In this document: piece after piece, positions 59,826 through 64,000 of the stretch | How positions within the stretch are numbered: the first letter of the stretch is position 1 | How the letters are laid out: every line of letters starts with the position of its first letter | Assembly: GCA_963730185.1 (NCBI GenBank) | Contig: CAVSQW010000007.1 | Span: forward strand, 576,001-640,000 | Length of the DNA: 64,000 nucleotides | Direction: 5' to 3' | From: an uncultured Gemmatimonadales bacterium | GTDB taxonomy: Bacteria > Gemmatimonadota > Gemmatimonadetes > Gemmatimonadales > GWC2-71-9 | Notes under the pieces: generated by a model | The model's database searches: none | What the model was told of the DNA's origin: nothing | What the model saw: the letters and a program-made list of their open reading frames with translations, nothing else | Translations under genes and position numbers: made by a program

Positions 59826-60252
59826 ATGCCGGCTAACTCCAAGAAGATCAATCTGTTGCTCTGGACCGTCCAGGTCCTCCTCGCGGCCCTGTTCCTGTTC
59901 GCAGGTGGCTACAAGCTCCTGGCCCCGTTGAGTGCGCTGGCCGGGCCGATACCGCTGCCGGGAACGTTCCTCCGCTTCATTGGCGCGGCCGAGCTGCTGG
60001 GCGGGCTGGGCCTGGTCCTTCCGGGACTCTTCCGGATCCACGGTTGGCTCACCCCGCTCGCCGCCCTGGGTCTGCTGGCGATCATGATCGGGGCGACCGC
60101 GCTCACGGCTTTGGGCATCGGCGTCGCCGCCGCCGGCTTCCCGGGCCTGGTCGGCGTCCTCGCCCTCGCCGTCTTCCGCGGGCGGGGCGGCCTTCGCGCC
60201 CTCCCGGCGCCCGGGCCTCGGCGCCGCGGTCGCCGCGGCACCCGGCGCCTGA
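59826..60252 (+). CDS. DoxX family membrane protein (probable frameshift near the C-terminus; end inferred)
   Basis: LWTVQVLLAALFLFAGGYKL, FIGAAELLGGLGLVLP, LTPLAALGL; the given frame runs on into the next gene, while the shifted frame ends PGLGAAVAAAPGA* at 60252. Confidence 0.75.
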
Positions 60253-60297
60253 GCCCGACGACTATTCTTTACCTTTGCATTCAAGGAGAACGCAACC

Positions 60298-60657
60298 ATG
60301 AAATTCCTGATGTTGATCAAGCACGCCGAGAGCTATCGCAACCAGGAGATTCCTCAGGGCCTGATGGAGGCGATGGGCGTCTTCGTCGAGCGGTCCTTCA
60401 AGAGCGGCGTCCTCAAGGACACCGCCGGCCTCAAGCCGAGCAGGGACGGCTTCCAAGTCCGCTCCTCGGGTGGCAAGCTCCACGTCACCGACGGCCCCTT
60501 CAGCGAGTCGAAGGAGATCGTGGGCGGCTACGCGTTGGTCGAGGTGGCGAGTCGGGAAGCCGCCCTCCAGGTCGCCAACGACTTCATGGATCTCCACCGG
60601 ATCCACTGGCCGGCCTTCGACGGGACCTGCGAAGTCCGCCCCGTCGAGGACATGTGA
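60298..60657 (+). CDS. YciI/DGPF family protein
   Basis: VTDGPFSESKEIVGGY; RBS AAGGAG. Confidence 0.9.
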   Translation: MKFLMLIKHAESYRNQEIPQGLMEAMGVFVERSFKSGVLKDTAGLKPSRDGFQVRSSGGKLHVTDGPFSESKEIVGGYALVEVASREAALQVANDFMDLHRIHWPAFDGTCEVRPVEDM

Positions 60658-60667
60658 GGAGCCGACC

Positions 60668-61057
60668 ATGCGATTCATGATGCTGATGATTCCGAGGGTC
60701 TACCAGGACGCGGCGCCCGAGCTCCGTCCGACGGCCGAGGCGGTCGCCGCGATGACCCGCTTCAACGCCGAGATGCGGAAGGCCGGCGTGATGCTCACCG
60801 GCGAAGGGCTCCACCCACCGGTTTCGGGCGCCCGGGTCGCGTTCGGCGGCGGGAAGCCGCGAGTGATCGACGGGCCCTTCATCGAAGCCAAGGAGCTCGT
60901 CGGCGGGTTCTGGATGATCGAAGCCCGATCCCAAGACGAAGCGGTTGAGTGGGCTCGTCGCTGTCCGGCCGCGGACGGCGATGTGATCGAGATCCGCCAG
61001 GTGTTCGAGATGGGCGACTTCCCGCCCGAAGTCCAGGCCGCGGTGCACCAGAACTGA
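60668..61057 (+). CDS. YciI/DGPF family protein
   Basis: VIDGPFIEAKELVGGFW; RBS GAGGAG. Confidence 0.9.
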   Translation: MRFMMLMIPRVYQDAAPELRPTAEAVAAMTRFNAEMRKAGVMLTGEGLHPPVSGARVAFGGGKPRVIDGPFIEAKELVGGFWMIEARSQDEAVEWARRCPAADGDVIEIRQVFEMGDFPPEVQAAVHQN

Positions 61058-61061
61058 CCTC

Positions 61062-62345
61062 ATGGCGACGGACGACGTCAACCGGACTATCGACGCCATC
61101 TGGCGGATCGAGCAAGCGGCGGTGATCGCCAGCCTCGCCCGGATGGTCCGGGACGTCGATCTCGCGGAAGACCTCGCGCAGGATGCCCTGGTGGCCGCGC
61201 TCGAGAGCTGGCCGCGCGCCGGGATCCCCGACAAACCCGGCGCCTGGCTCCTGGCCACGGCACGGCGGCGGGGTATCGATCGGCTGCGCCACCACACGAT
61301 GTCGGCGCGCCGCCTGGTGGAGCTCGGCCTGGAGACCGACGATCGCCGGGAGCGGGTGGCCCAGGCGATCGAGCGCGCCCTCGACGACCCGATCGGCGAC
61401 GAGCTGCTCGGCCTGATCTTCGCCGCCTGCCATCCGATCCTGCCAGTCGAGGCCCGTTGCGCCCTGACCCTTCGCCTCCTGGGCGGGCTCACCACGCCGG
61501 AGATCGCCCGGGCCTACCTCACGCCCGAGCCCACCATCGCCCAGCGGATCGTCCGGGCCAAGCGGACCCTCCGCGAGGCACGGGTGCCGCTCGAGGTGCC
61601 GGCGGGGGCATCGCTTTCCGAGCGGATCGGCGCGGTGCTCGAAGTACTCTATCTGATCTTCAATGAAGGCTACTCGGCCACCAGCGGCCAGGACTGGCTC
61701 CGCCCCGACCTCTGTCAGGAGGCACTCCGACTCGGCCGGGTGCTGGCGGAACTGGCGCCGGGGGAGCCGGAGGTCCACGGGCTGGTGGCGCTGATGGAGA
61801 TCCAGGCCTCGCGCGCCCGGGCGAGGCTCGACCCCGAGGGTCGGCCCGTGCTACTCGCCGATCAGGACCGGGCCCGATGGGATCGGCTGTTGATCAGCCG
61901 GGGCCTCGCGGCGCTCGAGCGCGCCGCGGCGTTGGGCGCGCCCTTCGGGCCATACGCGCTTCAGGCGGCGATCGCGGCCTGTCACGCCCGGGCGCCCTCG
62001 ATGGAGTCGACCGACTGGACCCGGATCGTGGCGCTCTACGACGCGCTGGCGATGGTCTGGCCTTCGCCGGTGGTGGCGCTCAATCGCGCGGTGGCGCTCG
62101 GGATGATGCACGGCCCGGCCGCCGGCCTCGAGGCGCTGGAGGAGCTCGACCGGGCCCCGGGCATGAGCGGCTATCACCTGCTTGCCGCCGTCCGCGGCGA
62201 CTTCCTTTTCAAGCTGGGGAGCTTCGCGGCGGCGGCGAGCGAGTTCGCGAGCGCGGCGGAGCGGACCGAGAACGAGGCCGAGCGTGGCCTGCTCCGCGGC
62301 CGGGCCGAGGCCTGCCGCGTCGCGGCCCGCGAGGGCGGCGAGTGA
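61062..62345 (+). CDS. ECF sigma factor with long C-terminal TPR-like extension (ECF42-like)
   Basis: DLAEDLAQDA, LIFAACHP, EIARAYL, QRIVRAKR, YLIFNEGY, LQAAIAACHA; adjacent DGPF genes are typical of ECF42. Confidence 0.88.
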   Translation: MATDDVNRTIDAIWRIEQAAVIASLARMVRDVDLAEDLAQDALVAALESWPRAGIPDKPGAWLLATARRRGIDRLRHHTMSARRLVELGLETDDRRERVAQAIERALDDPIGDELLGLIFAACHPILPVEARCALTLRLLGGLTTPEIARAYLTPEPTIAQRIVRAKRTLREARVPLEVPAGASLSERIGAVLEVLYLIFNEGYSATSGQDWLRPDLCQEALRLGRVLAELAPGEPEVHGLVALMEIQASRARARLDPEGRPVLLADQDRARWDRLLISRGLAALERAAALGAPFGPYALQAAIAACHARAPSMESTDWTRIVALYDALAMVWPSPVVALNRAVALGMMHGPAAGLEALEELDRAPGMSGYHLLAAVRGDFLFKLGSFAAAASEFASAAERTENEAERGLLRGRAEACRVAAREGGE

Positions 62346-62593
62346 GCCTGCTTGGCGTGGACTCTGGCCATTCTCCTGCCCCGCCTGCGGTAATCATTCG
62401 CTGAGCGCCTACAAGGCTATACAGCAATGAGTTACGTGACGTCACCGGGACCGGGGGGACCGATCCCGGCGTGTTGCGGCGGCCTTGCACCACGGGTAGC
62501 TTTTTGGTTCTCCAAGTATTTCCAAGGCCCGAGCGGAGCCTCCTGTCTGGGCGGCCCTCCTCGTCGCTCACCCGGGAACCAAAGGAACCCTTT

Positions 62594-64000
62594 CTGACCC
62601 GATCCCTCGCGGATCTCGCCGCCGCGCTCGCCGACCGTTACCGGATCGAGCGCGAGCTGGGCGCGGGCGGGATGGCCACCGTCTACCTGGCCGCGGATCT
62701 CAAGCACGACCGGAAGGTCGCCATCAAGGTTCTGAAGCCCGAACTGGCCGCGGTGCTGGGCGCGGAGCGGTTCGTCCAGGAGATCAAGACCACCGCGGCC
62801 TTGAGCCACCCGCACATCCTGCCGCTCTTCGACTCAGGGCAAGCGGCCGGGTTCCTCTACTACGTGATGCCCTACATCGAGGGCGAGACCATCCGCGACC
62901 GGCTCAACCGCGAGACCCAGCTCGGAGTCGAGGAGGCGGTCCGGATCACGGTCGAAGTAGCCGATGCCCTCGACTACGCCCACCGGCACGGGGTGATCCA
63001 CCGGGACATCAAGCCGGAGAACCTCCTGCTCCACGACGGCCGGCCGATGGTGATGGACTTCGGGATCGCGCTGGCGGTGAGCGCGGCGGCCGGCGGCCGG
63101 ATGACGGAGACCGGGCTCTCGTTAGGCACGCCCCACTACATGAGTCCGGAGCAGGCCACCGCCGACAAGGAGATCACCGCTCGGAGCGACGTCTACTCGC
63201 TGGCCAGCGTGCTCTTCGAGATGCTGGCCGGGGTGCCGCCGCACGAGGGCGGATCGGCCCAGCAGGTGATCATGCGGATCATCGCCGAGCCGGCCAAGCC
63301 GGTGACCGAGCTCCGGAAGTCGGTGCCGCCTAACGTCGCGGCCGCCCTCGCCCGGGCGCTCGAGAAGGTGCCGGCCGACCGGTTCGCGACGGCGAAGGCG
63401 TTCGCCGAGGCGCTCCAGAATCCGGCGTTCACGACCGCGGGCGTCGCGGCCGGCGGTCGGGCCGCGGCCCCGGCGTGGTATCGAAGCCCCCTGATCGTCG
63501 GCCTGGGGGTGGTGTCGATCGGACTGGCGGTAGCGCTGGCGGCGGTGCTGTGGCGGGCCCAGGACGCGCCAAGCCGCCTGGCGCCGGCGATCCAGTTCCC
63601 GCTCTCGGCCGATCCCGCGGTCCGGGTCGGGACGCGGTACACCCGCCCGTTCGCCGTGTCGCCCGATGGCCGAACGATCGTCTTCCGGGCCTCGACCGAC
63701 AGCACCGAGCCCCAACTCTGGGTGCGCCAGGTCGGCGATCCCGACGCCCACCCGCTCGCCGGGACGGACGGCGCCATGAACCCGGCCATCTCGCCCGACG
63801 GTGGGTGGGTGGCCTTCGTCGATGGCCGAGCGCTCCGGAAGGTCAGGCTCGCCGGGGGAGAAATCTCGACCCTCGCCACGATCGGCACCTACTCGGCCGC
63901 CCTCGCCTGGGTCTCGAACGACGAGATCCTGTTCGAGCAGCTCGGGGCGGGGACGCTGCCCATCGAGCGGGTCAGCGCCGCCGGCGGGCAACCCACGCCC
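62594..64000 (+). CDS. Receptor-like Ser/Thr kinase K14: kinase-TM-PD40 propeller (3' partial; start inferred)
   Basis: LAAALADRYRIERELGAGGMATVY, HRDIKPEN, DFG, TM helix, VSPDG blades; open to the window end. Confidence 0.9.
   Translation, partial: MTRSLADLAAALADRYRIERELGAGGMATVYLAADLKHDRKVAIKVLKPELAAVLGAERFVQEIKTTAALSHPHILPLFDSGQAAGFLYYVMPYIEGETIRDRLNRETQLGVEEAVRITVEVADALDYAHRHGVIHRDIKPENLLLHDGRPMVMDFGIALAVSAAAGGRMTETGLSLGTPHYMSPEQATADKEITARSDVYSLASVLFEMLAGVPPHEGGSAQQVIMRIIAEPAKPVTELRKSVPPNVAAALARALEKVPADRFATAKAFAEALQNPAFTTAGVAAGGRAAAPAWYRSPLIVGLGVVSIGLAVALAAVLWRAQDAPSRLAPAIQFPLSADPAVRVGTRYTRPFAVSPDGRTIVFRASTDSTEPQLWVRQVGDPDAHPLAGTDGAMNPAISPDGGWVAFVDGRALRKVRLAGGEISTLATIGTYSAALAWVSNDEILFEQLGAGTLPIERVSAAGGQPTP

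Noticed and set aside
4340..60252. Isolated frameshifts in the M28 and M1 peptidases, K7, K8, K12, IOR and DoxX as programmed frameshifting or phase variation
   Set aside because: They are single-base indels, several in short G/C runs, scattered over unrelated genes with no shared slippery motif; long-read consensus error is the simpler explanation
61062..62345. ECF sigma factor as the phosphorylation target of the kinase array
   Set aside because: It resembles the DGPF-associated ECF42 type with a C-terminal extension, not the kinase-associated ECF groups; adjacency alone is insufficient
147..63991. Numerous long antisense and alternative-frame ORFs (e.g. 55755-59213 minus, 37879-40017 minus, and the N-terminal extensions of 38259-42632 and 48199-51570)
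   Set aside because: Arg/Pro/Gly-rich shadow frames expected in high-GC coding DNA; they overlap well-supported genes
17925..64000. Integron, CRISPR array or IS-mediated array
   Set aside because: No integrase, transposase, cas genes, attC-like intergenic elements or regularly spaced short repeats; the repeats are coding paralogues

Overview
GC-rich (by eye about 70% or more) bacterial DNA, most likely Gemmatimonadota; this is an inference from the kinase expansion and was not verified. The window is dominated by a co-oriented tandem array of about 34 kb (17.9-51.6 kb) of 13 Hanks-type Ser/Thr kinase genes, labelled K1-K13. They share a highly similar N-terminal kinase domain followed, in all but the chimera K3, by one predicted TM helix. 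Their C-terminal sensor modules are very divergent: TolB/PD40-type beta-propellers, or TolB-N-like plus TPR. Two more kinases lie outside the array (K0 at 2.4 kb; K14 from 62.6 kb to the window end). At least five internally deleted or mosaic kinase relics are also present; they bracket unrelated cargo blocks. Those blocks are an acyl-CoA dehydrogenase/FeS oxidoreductase/ETF operon, an FN3 protein, enoyl-CoA hydratase plus indolepyruvate oxidoreductase, and DoxX/YciI/YciI/ECF sigma. The array shows direct signs of recombination: an in-frame three-part chimera, a four-part mosaic carrying a 124-bp near-exact copy of another member's 3' end, a recombinant kinase domain, and a tandem duplicate with diverged sensor patches. 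Further signals are ATGA translational coupling with tiny bridging ORFs, a duplicated structured 5' leader of about 200 bp, and a conserved CGTTAGGC/TTA motif. The left 11 kb holds mprF, M28 and M1 peptidases, a GIY-YIG protein and an APC permease. Many isolated 1-bp frameshifts suggest long-read consensus errors. No rRNA, tRNA, CRISPR array, transposase, integrase or reverse transcriptase was recognised.
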